Positions 52,089-64,000 of a DNA stretch of 64,000 nt are shown piece by piece. The translations under genes were made by a program, and so were the position numbers. Numbering within the stretch: position 1 is the stretch's first letter; every line of letters starts with the position of its first letter. Source of the DNA: Nemertoderma westbladi (Eukaryota; Animalia; Xenacoelomorpha); contig JAUCBJ010003313.1 of assembly GCA_032718475.1 (NCBI GenBank), forward strand, positions 1 to 64,000, read 5' to 3'. The notes under the pieces were generated by a model. The model did not search any database. It was not told the DNA's origin and worked only from the letters and a program-made list of their open reading frames with translations.

Positions 52089-52578
52089 TGAACCTAGTTT
52101 GGTTTTGCTTGATTTTTAGGTTTACAATCTTATTTCAGTATTAAAAAGCGTTTGCTGTATCGGTACTGCAGTATCAATATCCAATATCAACCAATATAAA
52201 CCAGTAAGATGTATTACTATTATGTATTGCTCTTATTATTTGTGTTCATTATCCGGTTTCTTTATTTAGCAGCTTAAATTTTTAAATATATCGACCCTAA
52301 ATAAATAATCTGTGGAGTTACAAGTTATTATATGCCTGAGGGTTAGCTATGCGTAAATTAACTCTTAAAATTTAGTCACCCTCTCTTACTCTATATTCTA
52401 GAAAATTTTTTAGAAAATATACTGTAACCTGTTCTATTGTGCTTAGTTTATTGTTTTTGTTAAAATAACGTGCCACTGTAACCTGCTCCTAGTCGCCATT
52501 ACTGTTTGTAGATAATCTGATGTTGCAATTTTAATTTGTTCCCTCAATAAATAATAAATAATTAACTTATTATTTCAG

Positions 52579-52717
52579 GGTCGTAAGGCTGAGAATTATT
52601 ACCTGATACTAAGTGGCTCTGCTGCTGTTGATGTGTTGGATAAAGAGACAGGGATAACCTCCACAGCCGCAATGCTTTGTAAAGGAAACAGCTTCGGGGA
52701 ATTAGCATTACTGCTGG
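52579..52717 (+). CDS. CNBD2-like protein, exon d (phosphate-binding cassette)
   Basis: Acceptor ATTTCAG; GRKAENYYLILSGSAAVDVLDKETGITSTAAMLCKGNSFGELALLL; donor G/GTAATA. FGELAL is the cNMP-binding hallmark, in frame with exon c. Confidence 0.9.
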
Positions 52718-53235
52718 GTAATAATCGTTTATCTGTTTAATCATTTTCTTTAAAGATTGTAAAAATAGCAACAAAACTACTGAAAGGTGTTAAAATGTCT
52801 CCGATGATGACAGGAACAGCACCGGCGGACCCATCAACATAGATCTTACGGTCATACACTACCTTCTAGTTCATCCCTGTCGTCAAGTCCAGTGTCATTC
52901 AGCAAGTGTCATCTTTAGCAGGAAACTCATTGGCTGATGTCCACCACGTCTATTCTATCCAGAAGGCAGCCACAGCACAAGGTTGTGTAGGTTGATACTG
53001 CCAGCTGAAACAATGTCCAGCAAGCTTCAAACGGCGATGTAATTCTTTTGGTATAATGTCTCTCTCTAATGTTGTGTTTTTGATTTGATTTGAAATAAAT
53101 TGTCCTCTAATATCATTAATCACGTCATTCTATTATTTAGAAAGCCTAATGTTAACTTTTGTAGTTATCCAACTAAATACTGCCGATTGATTGGCTACTG
53201 TAGATTTGTAATGAATTAAGAATTTCTGTCTGATT

Positions 53236-56200
53236 GGCTACTGTTGTTTTGTTATTTTTAGGTGGTGTCCGATCTGCCACTGTAGTTTTGTTATTTTTAG
53301 GTGGTGTCCGATCTGCCACTGTAGTTTTGTTATTTTTAGGTGGTGTCCGATCTGCCACTGTAGCTTTGTTATTTTTAGGTGGTGTCCGATCTACCACTGT
53401 AGTTTTGTTATTTTTAGGTGGTGTCCGATCTGCCACTGTAGCTTTGTTATGTTTAGGTGGTGTCCGATCTACCACTGTAGTTTTGTTATTTTTAGGTGGT
53501 GTCCGATCTGCCACTGTAGCTTTGTTATTTATAGGTGGTGTCCGATCTGCCACTGTAGTTTTGTTATTTTTAGGTGGTGTCCGATCTACCACTGTAGTTT
53601 TGTTATTTTTAGGTGGTGTCCGATCTGCCACTGTAGTTTTGTTATTTTTAGGTGATGTCCGATCTGCCACTGTAGTTTTGTTATTTTTAGGTGGTGTCCG
53701 ATCTGCAACTGTAGTTTTGTTATTTCTAGGTGGTGTCCGATCTGCCACTGTAGTTTTGTTATTTTTAGGTGGTGTCCGATCTGCCACTGTAGTTTTGTTA
53801 TTTTTAGATGGTGTCCGATCTGCCACTGTGGTTTTCTTATCTTTATGTGGTGCCCGATCTGCCACTGTAGTTTTGTTATTTTTAGGTGGTGTCCGATCTG
53901 CCACTGTAGCTTTGTTATTTTTAGGTGGTGTCCGATCTGCCACTGTAGTTTTGTTATTTTTAGGTGGTGTCCGATCTGCCACTGTAGTTTTGTTATTTTT
54001 AGATGGTGTCCGATCTGCCACTGTGGTTTTCTTATCTTTATGTGGTGCCCGATCTGCCACTGTAGTTTTGTTATTTTTAGATGGTGTCCGATCTGCCACT
54101 GTGGTTTTCTTATCTTTATGTGGTGCCCGATCTGCCACTGTAGCTTTGTTATTTTTAGGTGGAGTCCGATCTGCCACTGTAGTTTTGTTATTTTTAGGTG
54201 GTGTCCAATCTGCCACTGTAGTTTTGTTATTTCAGGTGGTGTCCGATCTGCCACCGTAGTTTTGTTATTTTTAGGTAGTGTCCGATCTGCCACTGTAGTT
54301 TTCTTATATTTATGTGGTGCCCGATCTGCCACTGTAGTTTTGTTATTTTTAGGTGGTGTCCGATCTGCCACTGTAGTTTTGTTATTTTTAGGTGGTGTCC
54401 GATCTGCCACTGTAGTTTTCTTATATTTATGTGGTGCCCGATCTGCCAATGTAGTTTTGTTATTTTTAGGTGGTGTCCGATCTGCCACTGTAGTTTTGTT
54501 ATTTTTAGGTGGTGTCCAATCTGCCACTGTAGTTTTGTTATTTTTAGGTGGTGTCCGATCTGCCACTGTAGTTTTCTTATATTTATGTGGTGCCCGATCT
54601 GCCACTGTAGTTTTGTTATTTTTAGGTGGTGTCCGATCTGCCACTGTAGTTTTGTTATTTTTAGGTGGTGTCCGATCTGCCACTGTAGTTTTGTTATTTT
54701 TAGGTGGCGTCCGATCTGCCACTGTAGTTTTGTTATTTTTAGGTGGTGTCCGATCTGCCACTGTAGTTTTGTTATTCTTAGGTGGTGTCCGATCTGCCAC
54801 TGTAGTTTTGTTATTTTTAGGTGGCGTCCGATCTGCCACTGTAGTTTTGTTATTTTTAGGTGGCGTCCGATCTGCCACCGTAGTTTTGTTATCTTTATGT
54901 GGTGCCCGATCTGCCACTGTAGTTTTGTTGTTTTTAGGTGGTGTCCGATCTGCCACTGTAGTTTTGTTATCTTTATGTGGTGCCCGATCTGCCACTGTAG
55001 TTTTGTTATTTTTAGGTGGTGTCCGATCTGCCACTGTAGTTTTGTTATCTTTATGTGGTGCCCGATCTGCCACTGTAGTTTTGTTATTTTTAGGTGGTGT
55101 CCGATCTGCCACTGTAGTTTTGTTATTTTTAGGTGGTGTCCGATCTGCCACTGTAGTTTTGTTATTTTTAGGTGGTGTCCGATCTGCCACTGTAGCTTTG
55201 TTATTTTTAGGTGGTGTCCGATCTACCACTGTAGTTTTGTTATTTTTAGGAGGTGTCCAATCTGCCACTGTAGTTTTGTTATTTTTAGGTGGTGTCCGAT
55301 CTGCCACTGTAGTTTTCTTATATTTATGTGGTGCCCGATCTGCCACTGTAGTTTTGTTATTTTTAGGTGGTGTCCGATCTGCCACTGTAGTTTTGTTATT
55401 TTTAGGTGGTGTCCGATCTGCCACTGTAGTTTTGTTATTTTTAGGTGGCGTCCGATCTGCCACCGTAGTTTTGTTATTTTTAGGTGGTGTCCGATCTGCC
55501 ACTGTAGTTTTGTAATTTTTAGGTGGTGTCCGATCTGCCACTGTAGCTTTGTTATTTTTAGGTGGTGTCCGATCTGCCACTGTAGTTTTGTTATTTTTAG
55601 GTGGTGTCCGATCTACCACTGTAGTTTTGTTATTTTTAGGTGGTGTCCGATCTGCCACTGTAGTTTTGTTATTTTTAGGTGGTGTCCGATCTGCCACTGT
55701 AGTTTTGTTATTTTTAGGTGGTGTCCGATCTGCCACTGTAGTTTTGTTATTTTTAGGTGGTGTCCGATCTGCCACTGTAGTTTTGTTATTTTTAGGTGGT
55801 GTCCGATCTGTCACTATAGTTTTGTTATTTTTAGGTGGTGTCCGATCTGCCACTGTAGTTTTGATATTTTTAGGTGGCGTCCGATCTGCCACCGTAGTTT
55901 TGTTATTTTTAGGTATTGTCCGATCTGCCACTGTAGTTTTGTTATTTTTAGGTGGTGTCCGATCTGCCACTGTAGCTTTGTTATTTTTAGGTGGTGTCCG
56001 ATCTGCCACTGTAGTTTTGTTATTTTTAGGTGGTGTCCGATCTGCCACTGTAGCTTTGTTATTTTTAGGTGGTGTCCGATCTGCCACTGTAGTTTTGTTA
56101 TTTTTAGGTGGTGTCCGATCTACCACTGTAGTTTTGTTATTTTTAGGTGGTGTCCGATCTGCCACTGTAGTTTTGTTATTTTTAGGTGGTGTCCGATCTG

Positions 56201-59200
56201 CCACTGTAGTTTTGTTATTTTTAGGTGGTGTCCGATCTGCCACTGTAGTTTTGTTATTTTTAGGTGGTGTCCGATCTGCCACTGTAGTTTTGTTATTTTT
56301 AGGTGGTGTCCGATCTCCCACTGTAGTTTTGTTATTTTTAGGTGGTGTCCGATCTGCCACTGTAGTTTTGTTATTTTTAGGTGGTGTCCAATCTGCCACT
56401 GTAGTTTTGTTATTTTTAGGTGGTGTCCGATCTGCCACTGTAGGTTTGTTATTTTTAGGTGGTGTCCGATCTGCCACTGTAGTTTTGTTATTTTTAGGTG
56501 GTGTCCAATCTGCCACTGTAGTTTTGTTATCTTTATGTGGTGCCCAATCTGCCACTGTAGTTTCGTTATTTTTAGGTGGCGTCCGATCTGCCACCGTAGT
56601 TTTGTTATTTTTAGGTATTGTCCGATCTGCCACTGTAGTTTTGTTATTTTTAGGTGGTGTCCGATCTGCCACTATAGTTTTGTTATTTTTAGGTGGTGTC
56701 CGATCTGCCACTGTAGTTTTGTTATTTCAGGTGGCGTCCAATCTACCACCGTAGTTTTGTTATATTTAGGTAGTGTCCGATCTGCCACTGTAGTTTTCTT
56801 ATATTTATGTGGTGCCCGATCTGCCTCTGTAGTTTTGTTATTTTTAGGTGGTGTCCGATCTGCCACTATAGTTTTGTTATTTTTAGGTGGTGTCCGATCT
56901 GCCACTGTAGTTTTGTTATTTCAGGTGGCGTCCAATCTACCACCGTAGTTTTGTTATATTTAGGTAGTGTCCGATCTGCCACTGTAGTTTTCTTATATTT
57001 ATGTGGTGTCCGATCTGCCACTGTAGTTTTGTTATTTCAGGTGGCGTCCAATCTACCACCGTAGTTTTGTTATATTTAGGTAGTGTCCGATCTGCCACTG
57101 TAGTTTTCTTATCTTTATGTGGTGCCCGATCTGCCACTGTAGTTTTGTTATTTTTAGGTGGTGTCCGATCTGCCACTGTAGTTTTGTTATTTTTAGGTGG
57201 TGTCCGATCTGCCACTGTAGTTTTGTTATTTTTAGGTGGTGTCCGATCTGCCACTGTAGTTTTGTTATTTTTAGGTGGTGTCCGATCTGCCACTGTAGTT
57301 TTGTTATTTTTAGATGGTGTCCGATCTGCCACTGTGGTTTTCTTATCTTTATGTGGTGCCCGATCTGCCACTGTAGTTTTGTTATTTTTAGGTGGTGTCC
57401 GATCTGCCACTTTAGTTTTGTTATCTTTATGTGGTGCCCGATCTGCCACTGTAGTTTTGTTATTTTTAGGTGGTGTCCGATCTGCCACTGTAGTTTTGTT
57501 ATTTTTAGGTGGTGTCCGATCTGCCACTGTAGTTTTCTTATATTTATGTGGTGCCCGATCTGCCACTGTAGTTTTCTTATATTTATGTGGTGTCCGATCT
57601 GCCACTGTAGTTTTGTTATTTTTAGGTGGTGTCCGATCTGCCACTGTAGTTTTGTTATCTTTATGTGGTGCCCGATCTGCCACTGTAGTTTTGTTATTTT
57701 TAGGTGGTGTCCAATCTGCCACTATAGTTTTGTTATTTTTAGGTGGTGTCCGATCTGCCACTGTAGTTTTGTTATTTTTAGGTGGTGTCCGATCTGCCAC
57801 TGTAGTTTTGTTATTTTAGGTGGTGTCCGATCTGCCACTGTAGTTTTGTTATTTTTAGGTGGTGTCCGATCTGCCACTGTAGTTTTGTTATTTTTAGGTG
57901 GTGTCCGATCTGCCACTGTAGTTTTGTTATTTCAGGTGTCGTCCGATCTGCCACCGTAGTTTTGTTATATTTAGGTAGTGCCCGATCTGCCACTGTAGTT
58001 TTGTTATTTTTAGGTGGTGTCCGATCTGCCACTGTAGTTTTCTTGTATTTATGTGGTGCCCGATCTGCCACTGTAGTTTTGTTATTTTTAGGTGGTGTCC
58101 GATCTGCCACTGTAGTTTTGTTATTTTTAGGTGGTGTCCGATCTGCCACTGTAGTTTTGTTATTTTTAGGTGGTGTCCGATCTGCCACTGTAGCTTTGTT
58201 ATTTTTAGGTGGTGTCCGATCTGCCACTGTAGTTTTGTTATTTTTAGGTGGTGTCCGATCTGCCACTGTAGATTTGTTATTTTTAGATGGTGTCCGATCT
58301 GCCACTGTGGTTTTCTTATCTTTATGTGGTGCCCGATCTGCCACTGTAGTTTTGTTATTTTTAGGTGGTGTCCGATCTGCCACTGTAGTTTTGTTATTTT
58401 TAGGTGGTGTCCGATCTGCCACTGTAGTTTTGTTATTTTTAGATGGTGTCCGATCTGCCACTGTAGTTTTGTTATTTTTAGATGGTGTCCGATCTGCCAC
58501 AGTGGTTTTCTTATATTTATGTGGTGCCCGATCTGCCACTGTAGTTTTGTTATTTTTAGGTGGTGCCCGATCTGCCACTGTAGCTTTGTTATTTTTATGT
58601 GGTGCCCGATCTGCCACTGTAGTTTTGTTATTTTTAGGTGGTGTCCGATCTACCACTGTAGTTTTGTTATTTTTAGGTGGTGTCCGATCTGCCACTGTAG
58701 TTTTGTTATTTTTAGGTGGTGTCCGATCTGCCACTGTAGTTTTGTTATTTTTAGGTGGTGTCCGATCTGCCACTGTAGTTTTGTTATTTTTAGATGGTGT
58801 CCGATCTGCCACTGTGGTTTTCTTATCTTTATGTGGTGCCCGATCTGCCACTGTAGTTTTGTTATTTTTAGGTGGTGTCCGATCTGCCACTGTAGTTTTG
58901 TTATTTTTAGGTGGTGTCCGATCTGCCACTGTAGTTTTGTTATTTTTAGGTGGTGTCCGATCTGCCACTGTAGTTTTGTTATTTTTAGGTGGTGTCCGAT
59001 ATGCCACTGTAGTTTTGTTATTTTTAGGTGGTGTCCGATCTGCCACTGTAGTTTTGTTATTTTTAGGTGGTGTCCGATCTGCCACTGTAGTTTTGTTATT
59101 TTTAGATGGTGTCCGATCTGCCACTGTGGTTTTCTTATCTTTATGTGGTGCCCGATCTGCCACTGTAGTTTTGTTATTTTTAGGTGGTGTCCGATCTGCC

Positions 59201-62200
59201 ACTGTAGTTTTGTTATTTTTAGGTGGTGTCCGATCTGCCACTGTAGTTTTGTTATTTTTAGGTGGTGTCCGATCTGCCACTGTAGTTTTGTTATTTTTAG
59301 GTGGTGTCCGATCTGCCACTGTAGTTTTGTTATTTTTAGGTGGTGTCCGATCTGCCACTGTAGTTTTGTTATTTTTTAGATGGTGTCCGATCTGCCACTG
59401 TGGTTTTCTTATCTTTATGTGGTGCCCGATCTGCCACTGTAGTTTTGTTATTTTTAGGTGGTGTCCGATCTGCCACTGTAGTTTTGTTATTTTTAGGTGG
59501 TGTCCGATCTGCCACTGTAGTTTTGTTATTTTTAGGTGGTGTCCGATCTGCCACTGTAGTTTTGTTATTTTTTAGATGGTGTCCGATCTGCCACTGTGGT
59601 TTTCTTATCTTTATGTGGTGCCCGATCTGCCACTGTAGTTTTGTTATTTTTAGGTGGTGTCCGATCTGCCACTGTAGTTTTGTTATTTTTAGGTGGTGTC
59701 CGATCTGCCACTGTAGTTTTGTTATTTTTAGGTGGTGTCCGATCTGCCACTGTAGCTTTGTTATTTTTAGGTGGTGTCCGATCTGCCACTGTAGTTTTGT
59801 TATTTTTAGGTGGTGTCCGATCTGCCACTGTAGTTTTGTTATTTTTAGATGGTGTCCGATCTGCCACTGTGGTTTTCTTATCTTTATGTGGTGCCCGATC
59901 TGCCACTGTAGTTTTGTTATTTTTAGGTGGTGTCCGATCTGCCACTGTAGCTTTGTTATTTTTAGGTGGTGTCCGATCTGCCACTGTAGTTTTGTTATTT
60001 TTAGGTGGTGTCCGATCTGCCACTGTAGTTTTGTTATTTTTAGATGGTGTCCGATCTGCCACTGTGGTTTTCTTATCTTTATGTGGTGCCCGATCTGCCA
60101 CTGTAGTTTTGTTATCTTTATGTGGTGCCCGATCTGCCACTGTAGTTTTGTTATTTTTAGGTGGTGTCCGATCTGCCACTGTAGTTTGTTATTTTTAGGT
60201 GGTGTCCGATCTGCCACTGTAGTATTGTTATTTTTAGGTGGTGTCCGATCTGCCACTGTAGTTTTGTTATTTTTAGGTGGTGTCCGATCTGCCACTGTAG
60301 TTTTGTTATCTTTATGTGGTGCCCGATCTGCCACTGTAGTTTTGTTATTTTTAGGTGGTGTCCGATCTGCCACTGTAGTTTGTTATTTTTAGGTAGTGTC
60401 CGATCTGCCACTGTAGCTTTGTTATTTTTAGGTGGTGTCCGATCTGCCACTGTAGTTTTGTTATTCTTAGGTGGTGTCCGATCTGCCACTGTAGTTTTGT
60501 TATTTTTAGATGGTGTCCGATCTGCCACTGTGGTTTTCTTATCTTTATGTGGTGCCCGATCTGCCACTGTAGTTTTGTTATCTTTATGTGGTGCCCGATC
60601 TGCCACTATAGTTTTGTTATTTTTAGGTGGTGTCCAATCTGCCACTGTAGTTTGTTATTTTTAGGTGTTGTCCGATCTGCCACTGTGGTTTTCTTATCTT
60701 TATGTGGTGCCCGATCTGCCACTGTAGTTTTGTTATCTTTATGTGGTGCCCGATCTGCCACTGTAGTTTTGTTATTTTTAGGTGGTGTCCGATCTGCCAC
60801 TGTAGTTTGTTATTTTTAGGTGGTGTCCGATCTGCCACTGTAGTATTGTTATTTTTAGGTGGTGTCCGATCTGCCACTGTAGTTTTGTTATTTCAGGTGG
60901 CGTCCGATCTGCCACTGTAGTTTTGTTATTTTTAGGTGGTGTCCGATCTGCCACTGTAGTTTTGTTATTTTTAGATGGTGTCCGATCTGCCACTGTGGTT
61001 TTCTTATCTTTATGTGGTGCCCGATCTGCCACTGTAGTTTTGTTATTTTTAGGTGGTGTCCGATCTGCCACTGTAGTTTTGTTATTTTTAGGTGGTGTCC
61101 AATCTGCCACTGTAGTTTTGTTATTTCAGGTGGTGTCCGATCTGCCACCGTAGTTTTGTTATATTTAGGTAGTGTCCGATCTGCCACTGTAGTTTTCTTA
61201 TATTTATGTGGTGCCCGATCTGCCACTGTAGTTTTGTTATTTTTAGGTGGTGTCCGATCTGCCACTGTAGTTTTGTTATTTTTAGGTGGTGTCCGATCTG
61301 CCACTGTAGTTTTCTTATATTTATGTGGTGCCCGATCTGCCAATGTAGTTTTGTTATTTTTAGGTGGTGTCCGATCTGCCACTGTAGTTTTGTTATTTTT
61401 AGGTGGTGTCCAATCTGCCACTGTAGTTTTGTTATTTTTAGGTGGTGTCCGATCTGCCACTGTAGTTTTGTTATTTTTAGGTGGTGTCCAATCTGCCACT
61501 GTAGTTTTCTTATATTTATGTGGTGCCCGTTCTGCCACTGTAGTTTTGTTATTTTTAGGTGGTGTCCAATCTGCCACTGTAGTTTTGTTATTTTTAGGTG
61601 GTGTCCAATCTGCCACTGTAGTTTTCTTATATTTATGTGGTGCCCGTTCTGCCACTGTAGTTTTGTTATTTTTAGGTGGTGTCCGATCTGCCACTGTAGT
61701 TTTGTTATTTTTAGGTGGCGTCCGATCTGCCACCGTAGTTTTGTTATTTTTAGGTGGTGTCCGATCTGCCACTGTAGTTTTGTTATTTTTAGGTGGTGTC
61801 CGATCTGCCACTGTAGTTTTGTTATTTTTAGGTGGCGTCCGATCTGCCACTGTAGTTTTGTTATTTTTAGGTGGCGTCCGATCTGCCACCGTAGTTTTGT
61901 TATTTTTAGGTGGTGTCCGATCTGCCACTGTAGTTTTGTTATCTTTATGTGGTGCCCTATCTGCCACTGTAGTTTTGTTATTTTTAGGTGGTGTCCGATC
62001 TGCCACTGTAGTTTTGTTATCTTTATGTGGTGCCCGATCTGCCACTGTAGTTTTGTTATTTTTAGGTGGTGTCCGATCTGCCACTGTAGTTTTGTTATTT
62101 TTAGGTGGCGTCCGATCTGCCACCGTAGTTTTGTTATTTTTAGGTGGTGTCCGATCTGCCACTGTAGTTTTGTTATTTTTAGGTGGCGTCCGATCTGCCA

Positions 62201-64000
62201 CTGTAGTTTTGTTATCTTTATGTGGTGCCCGATCTGCCACTGTAGTTTTGTTATTTTTAGGTGGTGTCCGATCTGCCACTGTAGTTTTGTTATTTTTAGG
62301 TGGCGTCCGATCTGCCACCGTAGTTTTGTTATTTTTAGGTGGTGTCCGATCTGCCACTGTAGTTTTGTTATTTTTAGGTGGCGTCCGATCTGCCACCGTA
62401 GTTTTGTTATTTTTAGGTGGTGTCCGATCTGCCACTGTAGTTTTGTTATTTTTAGGTGGTGTCCGATCTGCCACTGTAGTTTTGTTATTTTTAGGTGGCG
62501 TCCGATCTGCCACTGTAGTTTTGTTATTTTTAGGTGGTGTCCGATCTGCCACTGTAGTTTTGTTATTTTTAGGTGGTGTCCGATCTGCCACTGTAGTTTT
62601 GTTATTTTTAGGTGGCGTCCGATCTGCCACCGTAGTTTTGTTATTTTTAGGTGGTGTCCGATCTGCCACTGTAGTTTTGTTATCTTTATGTGGTGCCCGA
62701 TCTGCCACTGTAGTTTTCTTATCTTTATGTGGTGCCCGATCTGCCACTGTAGTTTTGTTATTTTTAGGTGGTGTCCGATCTGCCACTGTAGTTTTGTTAT
62801 TTTTATGTGGTGTCCGATCTGCCACTGTAGTATTGTTATTTTTAGGTGGTGTCCAATCTGCCACTGTAGTTTTGTTATTTTTAGGTGGTGTCCGATCTGC
62901 CACTGTAGTTTTGTAATTTTAGGTGGTGTCCGATCTGCCACTGTAGTGTTGTTATTTTTAGGTGGTGTCCGATCTGCCACTGTAGTTTTGTTATCTTTAG
63001 GTGGTGTCCGATCTGCCACTGTAGTTTTGTTATTTTTAGGTGGTGTCCGATCTGCCACTGTAGTTTTGTTATTTTTAGGTGGCGTCCGATATGCCACAGT
63101 AGTTTTGTTATTTTTAGGTGGCGTCCGATCTGCCACTGTAGTTTTGTTATTTTTAGGTGGTGTCCGATCTGCCACTGTAGTTTTTTTATTTTTAGGTGGT
63201 GTCCGATCTGCCACTGTAGTTTTGTTATTTTTAGGTGGCGTCCGATCTGCCACTGTAGTTTTGTTATTTTTAGGTGGCGTCCGATCTGCCACCGTAGTTT
63301 TGTTATTTTTAGGTGATGTCCGATCTGCCACTGTAGTTTTGTTATCTTAATGTGGTGCCCGATCTGCCACTGTAGTTTTGTTATTTTTAGGTGGTGTCCG
63401 ATCTGCCACTGTAGTTTTGTTATTTTTAGGTGGTGTCCGATCTGCCACTGTAGTTTTTATTTTTAAGTGGCGTCTGATCTGCCACTGTAGTTTTGTTATT
63501 TTTAGGTGGTGTCCGATCTGCTACTGTAGTTTTGTTATTTTTATGTGGTGTCCGATCTGCCACTGTAGTTTTGTTATTTTTAGGTGGTGTCCGATCTGCC
63601 ACTGTAGTTTTTGTTATTTTTAGGTGGTGTCCGATCTGCCACTGTAGTTTTGTTATTTTTATGTGGTGTCCGATCTGCCACTGTAGTTTTGTTATTTTTA
63701 TGTGGTGCCCGATCGGCCACTGTAGTTTTGTTATTTTTAGGTGGTGTGCAATCTGCCACTATAGTTTTGTTATTTTTAGGTGGTGTCCGATCTGCCACTG
63801 TAGTTTTGTTATTTTTAGGTGGTGTCCGATCTGCCACTGTAGTTTTGTTATTTTTAGGTGGTGTCCAATCTGCCACTGTAGTTTTGTTATTTTTAGGTGG
63901 TGTCCGATCTGCCACTGTAGTTTTGTTATTTTTAGGTGGTGTCCGATCTGCCACTGTAGTTTTGTTATTTTTAGGTGGCGTCCGATCTGCCACTGTAGTT
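53236..64000. repeat. 39-bp satellite array, at least 10.7 kb (roughly 275 units), running off the window end
   Basis: Consensus GGTGGTGTCCGATCTGCCACTGTAGTTTTGTTATTTTTA, head-to-tail with no spacers; recurrent variant units. Confidence 0.97.

Noticed and set aside
52089-52419. HDV-like ribozyme in the CRE 5' UTR
   Set aside because: The region is very AT-rich and I see no nested double-pseudoknot pairing.
53234-63993. The many long ORFs in the satellite as genes (CPICHC zinc-finger-like, VVLLFLGG membrane-like)
   Set aside because: They result from a stop-free 39-bp unit read in four frames, and the frames interconvert at indels.
53236-64000. CRISPR array
   Set aside because: Units are head-to-tail with no unique spacers, there are no cas genes, and the context is eukaryotic.

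Overview
AT-rich metazoan (invertebrate-like) genomic DNA made mostly of nested transposons, with three host-gene signals. Host genes: (i) a single-exon ORF joining an SH3 domain to a FAM107/DUF1151-like C-terminus (10401-11267); (ii) an isolated astacin catalytic exon (21013-21175); (iii) four phase-compatible exons of a CNBD2-like cyclic-nucleotide-binding protein (43380-52717), whose introns hold CRE-clade retrotransposons and, probably, a 39-bp satellite of at least 10.7 kb. Mobile elements: a 14.3-kb BEL/Pao element with near-identical LTRs and a CCATG target-site duplication (TSD), inserted into an RTE LINE; the 3' end of a related LTR element; three RTE LINEs; three CRE-clade RLE retrotransposons; two piggyBacs (one with an intact transposase); MULE, hAT and P/THAP derivatives; a copia fragment; and a Nin-domain tRNA SINE. 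Two candidates stand out. (1) The BEL/Pao element keeps only gag-protease and has no tRNA primer-binding site (PBS). Instead, the 12 nt after its 5' LTR are exactly complementary to a site inside its own LTR, the geometry of Tf1-type self-priming. It also carries structured RNA islands and a zinc-knuckle accessory ORF. (2) A full-length CRE-clade element has an N-terminal Ulp1/SENP protease, and its stop codon is fused directly to the 3' end of a histone H3 coding sequence, all inside one TSD. All family assignments come from motif recognition by eye; no database search was run.
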